Assembly: GCA_018661775.1 (NCBI GenBank)
Contig: JABJHO010000014.1
Span: forward strand, 42,305 to 106,304
Length of the DNA: 64,000 nt
Direction of reading: 5' to 3'
Source: Candidatus Magasanikiibacteriota bacterium
GTDB lineage: Bacteria; Patescibacteriota; Patescibacteriia; Magasanikbacterales; UBA922
Every line of letters begins with the position of its first letter. Position 1 is the first letter of the stretch. The translations under genes and the position numbers were made by a program. The notes beneath the pieces are model-generated. The model ran no database searches and was not told the origin of the DNA. It saw nothing but the letters and a program-made list of their open reading frames with translations. Positions 40,156 through 48,667 of this stretch are shown here, piece after piece.

Positions 40156-40818
40156 TTACCAGGCTATTTCTTGTAACCCGTGTTTTTTGAGGTATGTATT
40201 TGTTTTACTAAAGTGTTTGCACCCAAAAAATCCACGATGAACCGAAAGAGGTGACGGGTGTACCGCTTCTAGCACAAGGTGTTTTTCACGGTTAATGTGC
40301 ATACCCTTTTTTTGTGCATACGATCCCCAGAGTAAAAACACGATATGTTCTTTTTTTTCTGCAATTGTTTTAATAACGGCATTGGTAAATTCTTCCCATC
40401 CTTTTTTTTGATGTGATGCCGCCTGTCTGGCGCGAACCGACAATGTGGCATTGAGCAACAGCACACCTTGTGTTGCCCAGTGAGTAAGATTGCCAGAGGG
40501 TGGTGGTGTTTTTCCTGTATCGCTCTGAATTTCTTTGTAGACATTTTGTAGTGATGGCGGTGTTTTGACACCGTCTTGTACAGAAAAGCATAAACCATGG
40601 GCCTGGTTTGGTCCGTGGTATGGGTCTTGACCCAGAAGCACTACACGAACCGCATTAAATGGCGTAAGCGCAAAGGCATCAAAAATCTTTTTTGGTGGTG
40701 GATATATGGTTGTGCTAAGATGTTCATTGCGCACAAAATCAGCCAAATCAGTAAAATATGGTTTTGTACATTCTTCTTTTAATTCATCTCTCCAGCTTGG
40801 TTCAAGGTGTGCGTTCAT
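40156..40818 (-). CDS. ung: Uracil-DNA glycosylase, family 1
   Basis: LGQDPYHGPNQAHGLCFSV, GVLLLN and HPSPLS. Confidence 0.95.
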   Translation of the reverse strand: MNAHLEPSWRDELKEECTKPYFTDLADFVRNEHLSTTIYPPPKKIFDAFALTPFNAVRVVLLGQDPYHGPNQAHGLCFSVQDGVKTPPSLQNVYKEIQSDTGKTPPPSGNLTHWATQGVLLLNATLSVRARQAASHQKKGWEEFTNAVIKTIAEKKEHIVFLLWGSYAQKKGMHINREKHLVLEAVHPSPLSVHRGFFGCKHFSKTNTYLKKHGLQEIAW

Positions 40819-40902
40819 GTATACTTATTGTATTAATCTTATACCATACCTACACTCATTTTATCACGGTGGGGTGGGGGAATACAATAACTCATTATAC
40901 AT

Positions 40903-41289
40903 ATGAAAACAATACTTGTTGATGCGGTACACACGTTTGTAATTAAAGGTGAGGGTGTCTTTGAAGAAATGCATGCATTGCTGGAAGAATATAAGAATAG
41001 AAAAATTATTATTACTGGTGCAAACGATGAGCAAGTGAAGCAGTTTGGTTTGGACAAGGCGCCGTATGAAGTATTTACACTAAAACATGACCCAGAAAAA
41101 TCAGATCCAGCGTATTACACCACCATGCTTAAGCATTTTGATTTAGCACCAGAAGACGTGGTGTATGTTGAACATAATGAGGTTGCCGTAGAAAGCGCTC
41201 GGTCGGTAGGAATTACCACATTTCACTATGATGCGTTGAAAAGAGACGTGGGAGACGTGGGTGTTTTTTTAGAAAAGCACATCTTATGA
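40903..41289 (+). CDS. Small HAD-like hydrolase fold protein (degenerate motif I)
   Basis: 128 aa. Motif I reads VDAVHT (second Asp replaced), and the late block is VYVEHN..AVESARSVGI. Confidence 0.4.
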   Translation: MKTILVDAVHTFVIKGEGVFEEMHALLEEYKNRKIIITGANDEQVKQFGLDKAPYEVFTLKHDPEKSDPAYYTTMLKHFDLAPEDVVYVEHNEVAVESARSVGITTFHYDALKRDVGDVGVFLEKHIL

Positions 41290-41324
41290 ATGAGTGTATG
41301 TGTAATTTTTTTTGCACACTAAAG

Positions 41325-41358
41325 AACCCCTACCATTAAAGTGAGGTAAGGGTTTTGT
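41325..41358 (+). terminator. Terminator after the HAD-like gene
   Basis: aacccctacc / ggtaagggtt stem (9 of 10 pairs) followed by tttt. Confidence 0.55.
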
Positions 41359-41403
41359 TACAGAAGTACGGTTGCGCTTATCGTCTATTTTCTTAATATC
41401 CTT

Positions 41404-41432
41404 ACAAAAAACCCCATCACATTGTGACGGGG
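41404..41432 (-). terminator. Terminator of the minus-strand membrane-protein pair
   Basis: On the minus strand: ccccgtcac-aat-gtgatgggg followed by tttttt. Confidence 0.65.
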
Positions 41433-41458
41433 GATAGGAAAAAAAGAGCGATAATTAA

Positions 41459-41722
41459 TTATTCGCCAGCGGCGGCGACTCCAAAGAGTGTCACTGAGGC
41501 CATTGCTCCTGCGAATAGTATGGGTAGTAGTGTGATAGTTGGTGCACCTGCCGCCCCAGCTAGTGTTACCAAGACGGTCGCTATGCCTGTGGCGCCGCCT
41601 GTAGTGGTTGCCAGCGAAAGTGCTTTTTGGCGCCTATGGTGAAGCGGCCCAAAGGCTGTGCGTAGAAGAGATCCAAGGAGAATGGGAGCAAATAAAGCGC
41701 CCAAGATAATAAGGAATTGCAT
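41459..41722 (-). CDS. Gly/Ala-rich small membrane protein (87 aa)
   Basis: Predicted TM helices. The start lies 3 nt after the upstream stop, with aggaagagg as SD inside the upstream gene. GC-richer than neighbours. Confidence 0.55.
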   Translation of the reverse strand: MQFLIILGALFAPILLGSLLRTAFGPLHHRRQKALSLATTTGGATGIATVLVTLAGAAGAPTITLLPILFAGAMASVTLFGVAAAGE

Positions 41723-41725
41723 GTG

Positions 41726-42010
41726 TCACACCCTCTTCCTTTCTAGAAACTTCAGTGTTAAGGCTCCGCCGGCAAACATGCCTAGTCCGGCAGCAAACAG
41801 ATAGGGTATTTCTGGGCCTTGGTACTCTGGGAGTGCCCCAGCTGCCTCTAATGCTCCGCAAAAGATGAGCATGGCACCACCAAGAGTTATCCATGCGCTC
41901 ATAAGAGCACCAAGAATCTTGGAAGTTCCAGTTATGGTAGCTGCTACCATCATTGAAAAAAGTGCTGACACCAAAAAGATGCCAACTAAACTGAATATCG
42001 TTGTTACCAT
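41726..42010 (-). CDS. Gly/Ala-rich small membrane protein (94 aa)
   Basis: Three predicted TM helices and a basic C-terminus LERKRV. First gene of a two-gene cassette. Confidence 0.55.
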   Translation of the reverse strand: MVTTIFSLVGIFLVSALFSMMVAATITGTSKILGALMSAWITLGGAMLIFCGALEAAGALPEYQGPEIPYLFAAGLGMFAGGALTLKFLERKRV

Positions 42011-42185
42011 GTTTTACCTCCATGGGTTTTTAAGGTGTACTCAAAACATATCATAAAATAAGTATTTTGTCAAGTAAGTATGTGTATATTTTATCTTTAA
42101 ATTACGTATATGTAAATGCATACGAATCATATTTTCTATACATAATCCTTGCATGTTTTGTCTATTTTTGCTAAAGTATTCTGTT

Positions 42186-43007
42186 ATGAAACAAAAAAAT
42201 TTCTCAAAAGCACCGATACAACGCTCTCTCCTACGACGTATTCTTGGGCGAGTGTATTTTTGGTGTCGTCGTATATGGTATTGGCACATGAGTGGTCGTG
42301 CATTTGCAACCTCTCGTTCTACAAAGCTTCTTCCGCATAGAGTATTTTCACATAAGACTGTATTGTTGCGAAAATTAAAGGATGTGGATATGTGGATGCA
42401 ACATAATAAGGTTGTTAATCTTAATATTGCTACACAAAAAATAGACGGTCTTGTAATTCGCCCCGGAGAAACCTTTTCGTTTTGGCGGCAGGTTGGTAAC
42501 ACAACCACAAGAAAAGGGTATGTGTCTGGTATGGAACTGTTTAATGGTACTGTACGAAGTGGTGTTGGTGGTGGTTTGTGTCAGTTAAGTAATTTAGTAT
42601 ACTGGATGACCCTTCATACGCCACTTGATGTGGTGGAGCGGTGGCGACACGGGTATGACGTGTTTCCTGATGTGCACCGTACCCAACCTTTTGGGAGTGG
42701 TGCAACCTGCTCGTATCCGAATATTGATTTACAAATACAAAATAACACACCCCATACATTTCAATTATCTACTTGTCTTTCTGACACTCATCTTGTTGGA
42801 AGCTGGCACTGTTCTCGTCACATAAAAGAGCAGTATGAGATTTATGAAAAAGAACATAGTATTGCTCACGAGGTTTGGGGAGGGTATACACGGAGTAATA
42901 CACTGTATCGTAAGGTGGTTGACGTCGACACAAAGCAATTACTCAATGATTATTTTGTCGTAGAAAATAACGCAATTATGATGTATACGCCGTTTCTCAA
43001 AGAGTAA
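42186..43007 (+). CDS. VanW-family protein
   Basis: GVGGGLCQLSNLVYW and ATCSYPNIDLQ. ATG 42186 is preferred over the track start 42153. Confidence 0.7.
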   Translation: MKQKNFSKAPIQRSLLRRILGRVYFWCRRIWYWHMSGRAFATSRSTKLLPHRVFSHKTVLLRKLKDVDMWMQHNKVVNLNIATQKIDGLVIRPGETFSFWRQVGNTTTRKGYVSGMELFNGTVRSGVGGGLCQLSNLVYWMTLHTPLDVVERWRHGYDVFPDVHRTQPFGSGATCSYPNIDLQIQNNTPHTFQLSTCLSDTHLVGSWHCSRHIKEQYEIYEKEHSIAHEVWGGYTRSNTLYRKVVDVDTKQLLNDYFVVENNAIMMYTPFLKE

Positions 43008-43012
43008 CAAAA

Positions 43013-43042
43013 AACACCTTTCTAGGCTTTTGGAAAGGTGTT
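43013..43042. terminator. Hairpin between convergent VanW and phosphatidyltransferase genes
   Basis: 10-bp stem aacacctttc / gaaaggtgtt with a 10-nt loop. Confidence 0.6.
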
Positions 43043-43063
43043 GTGTAAAAAAAGAGCACGAAA

Positions 43064-43636
43064 TTATACTTGCCGCACTTGGTGCGTTAAGCTGAATATA
43101 GCAAATAATAGACTTATTCCCAAAATACTGTTTGCAGTTACCACGCTTACTTCCAGGCTTATGCCACAAAAACTCTTTAGCAGAGGAATGAGCATGAGCA
43201 CACTTATGCCGATTTTTTCGATATTCGTTTTTAGTTTTCCAGATATTGACGCCATTATATTAGGTGTTTCACCCATTTTTTTTCCGTATACTATTTTATA
43301 TACACGAAGCATGGTGAGTGCCAGGCCAATTGATATAATAGGTACACTGATTATCGCGTAGACTTCTGACCAAAAATATAGTAAAAAACTGATGGTAAAT
43401 ACTTTGTCTGCAAGAGGGTCGAGGAATGCTCCGGTGTGCGAACTTTGCCCAAACACTCTTGCAGCCTTGCCGTCAAAATAATCCATTGACCATGCAAAAC
43501 CAAAAAGTATGGAGGAGTGTAGATGCATTTCTTTTTCTTGAAAATGCAAAATGAATGGAATGCATAGCATGCCAAAAAGGGTAAGGGTATTAGGGAGCCA
43601 GCCTTTTATGGCGTCCTTGTATATAAAAGTAAACAA
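43064..43636 (-). CDS. CDP-alcohol phosphatidyltransferase (PgsA-like)
   Basis: DGKAARVFGQSSHTGAFLDPLADK matches the D-G-x2-A-R-x8-G-x3-D-x3-D motif. Confidence 0.75.
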   Translation of the reverse strand: MFTFIYKDAIKGWLPNTLTLFGMLCIPFILHFQEKEMHLHSSILFGFAWSMDYFDGKAARVFGQSSHTGAFLDPLADKVFTISFLLYFWSEVYAIISVPIISIGLALTMLRVYKIVYGKKMGETPNIMASISGKLKTNIEKIGISVLMLIPLLKSFCGISLEVSVVTANSILGISLLFAIFSLTHQVRQV

Positions 43637-43721
43637 TACAAATCCTTTCTGGTAAAAGTTGTACGTTATTTAGACGAACTTTTTATTTTAAGACTATTAC
43701 AGTATAATAAAACCACACTGT

Positions 43722-43749
43722 TTGTCAATATTAAAAAATTTTGTATAAT
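43722..43749 (+). promoter_or_regulatory. Sigma-70-type promoter at the left edge of the pentose-phosphate module
   Basis: TTGTCA, 16-nt spacer, TATAAT. Confidence 0.45.
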
Positions 43750-43786
43750 GTGGGTATATTTACTGGTTCATCTTTTATGAATAAAG

Positions 43787-44202
43787 CCTCAGACACTTTT
43801 TCTATTGGTGGTAGTAAGGTTTTGAAGAAAAGTTCAGAAGACTTAGTTACAGTTATTGGTGCGGGGGTTACTTTGTACGAAGCGCTTAAAGCTTATGATG
43901 CGCTACAAGAGAATAAAATTAATATTAGAGTAATTGATTTATATAGTATTAAACCTCTTGATCAAAGCACTTTAAATAAAGCGGCCAAAGAAACTAAGGC
44001 TGTAATTGTGGCTGAAGATCATTTTGAGGCTGGTGGAATAGGGGAGGCGGTAAAGTCAGCTTTATCTACTTCATCTACTCCTATTTATTCACTCGCCGTT
44101 AAGAAAATGACTAAGAGTGGTAGTCCAGAGCAATTATTAAAATATGAAAATATTGATAGCACAGCTATTGTTAGAAAAGTTAAGCAAATATTAAAAAAAT
44201 AA
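43787..44202 (+). pseudogene. Transketolase C-terminal domain only (truncated remnant or stand-alone fragment)
   Basis: 138 aa. FSIGGSKVLKKSSEDLVTVIGAGVTLYEALKA..IRVIDLYSIKPLD..AVIVAEDHFEAGGIGEAV is the TK_C domain. The thiamine-PP and Pyr domains are missing, and an in-frame stop lies at 43732-43734. Confidence 0.7.
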
Positions 44203-44206
44203 ACTT

Positions 44207-44881
44207 ATGAAAATTTTTATTGATTCTGGATCAATTGACGAAATTAAAAAAGCAGCTGCCTCTGGAGTGATTGATGGCGTGACAACTAATCCTAGTTTAA
44301 TCGCCAAGGAGGGTAAAGATTTTAAAACTGTTATTAAAACTATTGGTGAGTTGTTCGATACCGAGCATAGTGCTCATTGTGAATGTCCGGTTAGTGCTGA
44401 AGTGGTTAGTATTGCTGCCAAAGAAATGATCGTTGAAGCCAAAAAGATTGCCAAGATTCATAAAAAGGTTGTGGTTAAGATTCCGTTAATCCCGGAAGGA
44501 ATCAAGGCAGTAAAAGAATTGTCTGGTTTAGGGATTAAAACTAACGTTACTTTGTGTTTTACGGCCGCCCAGGCATTGCTTGCGGCTAAGGCTGGTGCGA
44601 CCTATGTCAGTCCTTTTATTGGACGGTTAAATGATATTGATCAACGTGGTTTAGATTTAATTAGAGAGATAAAACAAATTTTTACTAATTATGATATCAA
44701 AACGCAAATTTTAGCAGCTAGTATTAGATCACCTCGGCAAGTTGTTGAAATAGCACTGATTGGAGCAGACGTTGTTACAATACCTTATAAAGTTTTTGAA
44801 AAATTATTTAACCATCCGCTTACAGACAAGGGACTAAAACAGTTTTTGGCAGATTGGGATCAATATAAAAAAACACAATAA
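44207..44881 (+). CDS. tal: Transaldolase / fructose-6-phosphate aldolase (short type)
   Basis: 224 aa. [21 protein letters not shown], Schiff-base lysine in VVVKIP, and SPFIGR. Confidence 0.9.
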   Translation: MKIFIDSGSIDEIKKAAASGVIDGVTTNPSLIAKEGKDFKTVIKTIGELFDTEHSAHCECPVSAEVVSIAAKEMIVEAKKIAKIHKKVVVKIPLIPEGIKAVKELSGLGIKTNVTLCFTAAQALLAAKAGATYVSPFIGRLNDIDQRGLDLIREIKQIFTNYDIKTQILAASIRSPRQVVEIALIGADVVTIPYKVFEKLFNHPLTDKGLKQFLADWDQYKKTQ

Positions 44882-44884
44882 ATT

Positions 44885-47254
44885 ATGAATACATTAAAAA
44901 AAGCTAACATCCCAACAGTTATTGTCGTCTTTGGTGCGACAGGAGATTTGATGGAGAAAAAAATTGCTCCATCTCTTTTGCATTTGTACAAAAATGGTAA
45001 GTTGCCAACTCAGTTTAAGATTGTCGGCGTTGCCAGGAAAAGTAATAGCGATGGTCAGTTTCAGAAATTAGTTGGGGATCATTTAAAAAAACATTCTAAG
45101 CAACATCCATCAAAAGAAAAGTTTAAAAAGTTTTTGGATTATTTTACTTATCAATCAGGCCAGTTTCAAGAACCCAAGACTTATAGCGAGCTTAGTAAAA
45201 AACTTAAGCAGATAGATGATGAGTGGGGAGTATGTACTAATAAGCTTTTTTATCTAGCAGTCCCGCCAAAGTTTTATCAAACTATATTTAATAATTTATC
45301 AGCTTCTGGACTGACTAAGCCTTGTAGTGAGGAAGAGGGTTGGACTAGAGTATTAGTTGAAAAGCCATTTGGCAGTGATTTAAAAACAGCCAAAGAATTA
45401 GAAGAGGTGTTGGGTAAGCTCTTTAGAGAGGAACAGATTTTTAGAATTGATCATTACTTGGCTAAAGAAATGCTGCAAAATATTTTGGCTGTTAGGTTTT
45501 CTAATAATTTATTTGAACAAACTTTTAATAATCGGTTTATTGATAGCATTGAATTATACTTACATGAAAAGAAAGGGGCCGAAGGTCGCGGTAGTTTTTA
45601 TGATAGCGTTGGAACCCTAAAAGATGTTGGCCAAAATCATTTGTTGCAGATGTTGGCTCTTGTCACTATGGATATGCCACAAAGTTATAATGCTAAACAT
45701 ATTCGTGACAAGAGGTATGAATTAATGAAACATTTAATTCCATTGAAAAAATCCGAGATGAGCACCAATACTTTTAGAGCTCAATACGAAGGATATACTC
45801 AGGTAGAGGGCGTTAATGCAAAATCAAAAACAGAAACATTTTTTAAACTGCAGTGCTTCTTAAATCATCCAAGGTGGCGAGATGTACCTATTACTATTGA
45901 AAGTGGTAAGGGTATGGCTGCACCTAAAAAAGGTATTGCTTTGAATTTAAAACACACTATGCCATGTTTGTGCCCTAAAGGCTCAGAGCATTATCGTAAT
46001 AAGATAATTCTTACTATGGAACCAGAAGAGGGTATTACAATTGAATTCTGGGCCAAGAAACCGGGATTTCAGTGGCAGATAGAAAAGAAAGAGTTGAAGT
46101 CTTTTTATCGTAAGAATGCCAAGCAGGCTCAGTATACAGAAGAGTATGAAAAACTTTTATTCGATTGTATTGTCGGGGATCAAACTTTATTTGTTAGCAC
46201 TAAAGAGGTCCTTGCAATGTGGAAGTTTATTGATCCAATTGTTAAAGCCTGGGAAAGTAAAATAGTGTCACTAGAAAAATATAAAAAAGGATCGAAGACT
46301 ATTTCTACTTCTGTAAAGTTTAGTTCAACTAAAGTTAAAGATGCAGGACAAATGCCTTTAGAAATTGGAATTGTTGGTCTTGGTAAAATGGGTGGTGGTC
46401 TTGCTAGGCAGTTATTAGAAAAAGGCTGGAAGATTCATGGTTATAACAGGAGCCCAGAGGAGACACGTAAATTAAAAAAAGATGGATTAATTCCAGAATT
46501 TAGCTTAGAGGATATGGTAAAGAATCTACCATCACCAAAGATTGTTTGGCTAATGGTTCCTTCTGGTAAGCCAGTTGATGAAAATATTAATAAGCTAGCA
46601 AAGCTTTTGGGTAAAGGGGATTATATTATTGATGGGGGTAATTCTTTTTTCCAAAATACTGTCAAACGATCTCGTAAAGTTACGGCTAAGAAAATTAATT
46701 TTATGGATTGTGGTGTGTCTGGAGGTCCCGAGGGAGCGCGCCACGGGGCTTGTTTGATGATTGGTGGTAAAAAAGTTGATTATGATTTCTTAAAGCCTTT
46801 GTATTCTGATTTGGCTATTCATCAAGGCGAAGAATTTTTCCCTGGTTATGGAGCTGGCCATTTTGTAAAGATGGTTCATAATGGTATTGAATATGGCATG
46901 ATGCAGTCTATTGCTGAAGGATTTGCGATTATGAGAAAATCAAAATATAAATTACACTTGCGTAAAATTGCAGAGGTTTATAACCATGGTAGTGTAATTG
47001 AATCTAGTTTGATCAATTGGATGGGAAATGCTTTTGCCTTATTTGGCGATGATTTAAAAGGTGTGTCTGGTAGAGCCTCACATAGTGGCGAAGGGCTTTG
47101 GACAACACAGGTAGCGCATTCTTTGGGAATATCCGATAAGGTTATTCACGAGTCACTAAAAGCTAGAGAGAGAAGCCAGAAAAAACCAAGTTACCAAGGT
47201 AAGATTATTCAGGCTTTAAGAAATCAGTTTGGCGGACATAATTTAAAAAAATAA
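44885..47254 (+). CDS. Fused glucose-6-phosphate dehydrogenase / 6-phosphogluconate dehydrogenase (decarboxylating, short form)
   Basis: 789 aa single ORF. G6PD blocks are GATGDLMEKK, EKPFG and RIDHYLAKE. From about residue 485 come IGIVGLGKMGGGLA, IDGGNS, GVSGGPEGARHG and FVKMVHNGIEYGMMQ (Gnd-like). Confidence 0.85.
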   Translation: MNTLKKANIPTVIVVFGATGDLMEKKIAPSLLHLYKNGKLPTQFKIVGVARKSNSDGQFQKLVGDHLKKHSKQHPSKEKFKKFLDYFTYQSGQFQEPKTYSELSKKLKQIDDEWGVCTNKLFYLAVPPKFYQTIFNNLSASGLTKPCSEEEGWTRVLVEKPFGSDLKTAKELEEVLGKLFREEQIFRIDHYLAKEMLQNILAVRFSNNLFEQTFNNRFIDSIELYLHEKKGAEGRGSFYDSVGTLKDVGQNHLLQMLALVTMDMPQSYNAKHIRDKRYELMKHLIPLKKSEMSTNTFRAQYEGYTQVEGVNAKSKTETFFKLQCFLNHPRWRDVPITIESGKGMAAPKKGIALNLKHTMPCLCPKGSEHYRNKIILTMEPEEGITIEFWAKKPGFQWQIEKKELKSFYRKNAKQAQYTEEYEKLLFDCIVGDQTLFVSTKEVLAMWKFIDPIVKAWESKIVSLEKYKKGSKTISTSVKFSSTKVKDAGQMPLEIGIVGLGKMGGGLARQLLEKGWKIHGYNRSPEETRKLKKDGLIPEFSLEDMVKNLPSPKIVWLMVPSGKPVDENINKLAKLLGKGDYIIDGGNSFFQNTVKRSRKVTAKKINFMDCGVSGGPEGARHGACLMIGGKKVDYDFLKPLYSDLAIHQGEEFFPGYGAGHFVKMVHNGIEYGMMQSIAEGFAIMRKSKYKLHLRKIAEVYNHGSVIESSLINWMGNAFALFGDDLKGVSGRASHSGEGLWTTQVAHSLGISDKVIHESLKARERSQKKPSYQGKIIQALRNQFGGHNLKK

Positions 47255-47256
47255 CT

Positions 47257-48096
47257 ATGTATTTTTCAACAGCTGATGAAATGGAAAAACTTGATGAGCT
47301 TGCCGTAGAACATGGTCTTGAGATTAGACAGATGATGGAACTGGCTGGTTGGCATATGGTAGAAGTTTTTAATAAACTTAGTATTGGTTTATCCGACCAA
47401 ATTGTTATTGTTGTTGGTAAGGGTAATAAAGGTGGCGATGGGTTAAGCGCTGCTAGGCATTTAGTTAACCATGGCTATAAAAACATATCGATCATTTTAG
47501 TTTCTAAAGATATTAAGCCAGACTCACAGCATCACTTAGACTTGTTAGTCAAGATGGATATGCCAATTATGGTTTATTCAGAAAATCAAGACTTGGCAAA
47601 AGAAAAAATAGATTCAGCCGATATTATTATGGATTCATTGATTGGCTATCATTTACAAGGAGAACCTCGTGGAGACTTTGCTGAGTTAATTGAAATAATA
47701 AATAATGCATCAGGAAAAGTAATCTCTTATGATCTGCCCTCTGGGGTAGATGCAACCACAGGGGAGTGTCAGAAGGTTTGTATTAAGGCAGATGCAACTT
47801 TAACTTTAGCTATGCCAAAGAAAATTTTTAATACAAATTCGGGCAAGGAATCCTCTGGACAAGTGTTTGCTCTAGACATTGGTGTTCCAGAATTTTTATA
47901 CAACAAAATAGCATCAGGATCTAGGCCAGAATCAAACCATAGTGTGCGAAAAAATAGCGCCAATGCATCCGCTTCATTTAGGTTAATGTCTGTGTATTTT
48001 TCCACAGTCTCTAGTTGTGTGTCTTGGAACCAGTTTCCGCACATTGTTTCTTTCAGGTCTGACTTCATCCATGCAAATTTTTTATCTTTCACATAA
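47257..48096 (+). CDS. nnrE: NAD(P)H-hydrate epimerase (YjeF_N / NnrE); 3' end reads into the antisense of the neighbouring gene
   Basis: GKGNKGGDGLSAARHL, DSLIGYHLQG, YDLPSGVDATTG and ALDIGVP. Family similarity ends near 47915, and the remaining ~60 codons have no family resemblance. Confidence 0.75.
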   Translation: MYFSTADEMEKLDELAVEHGLEIRQMMELAGWHMVEVFNKLSIGLSDQIVIVVGKGNKGGDGLSAARHLVNHGYKNISIILVSKDIKPDSQHHLDLLVKMDMPIMVYSENQDLAKEKIDSADIIMDSLIGYHLQGEPRGDFAELIEIINNASGKVISYDLPSGVDATTGECQKVCIKADATLTLAMPKKIFNTNSGKESSGQVFALDIGVPEFLYNKIASGSRPESNHSVRKNSANASASFRLMSVYFSTVSSCVSWNQFPHIVSFRSDFIHANFLSFT

Positions 48097-48436
48097 TAGA
48101 TGCCAATTGGCACACAGGCTACCAATGCAACAGAATCATCAATGAGTGTTGGGCAGACAAAATCAATTAATACGTCTTCTTTATCAAGCAGTGCAATAGG
48201 ATTTGGGGCGGGTGTGTCTTGTAGTGCTATGACCTCGTTTTCCCAAAACAGGGGCGTAAACGTGTCCCAAGTAGCATTTAGTATGTCTTTACTCTGCTTG
48301 TCTAAAGTGTTTTTTTTGGTATATCATCTAAAAGAAACAGAAGATCTGTAGGGTCATAAAAATTAAGATCCCCAAACTCTTCTTCAAATTTTTTTGTGAG
48401 TATAGATAATGCTTCTTCCCGGTTTATTTTTGCCAT
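47769..48436 (-). pseudogene. Unknown gene interrupted at an A8 run, with a non-native 3' end
   Basis: ATG 48436 opens a 44-codon frame ending at TAG 48302-48304. The frame one nucleotide back is open from just before the A8 run (48310-48317) down to 47769. Confidence 0.55.
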
Positions 48437-48667
48437 ATTTTTGTACGCTATGTTTTAGTAAGTGAATATGAGTAATATATTGCTTGTAGGCAGTATATCA
48501 TAAAAATAGTATTTTTGTGTACATGGGTTGGATATAATACCTCAAGACATGGGTAAATATGTAATCAACAAAAAAGGGTATTATGTAAAAATACAAAGAA
48601 TTGCATGTTTTGGTTGAATTGTTTCTCGAATTACCCTATACTTGTGGTATATATCATATATTTCTTT

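Noticed and set aside
43787-44202. The transketolase fragment as a functional stand-alone transketolase subunit.
   Set aside because: Only the ~138-aa C-terminal domain is present. The thiamine-diphosphate and Pyr domains needed for catalysis are absent from the window. I call it a truncated remnant; an independent role cannot be excluded.
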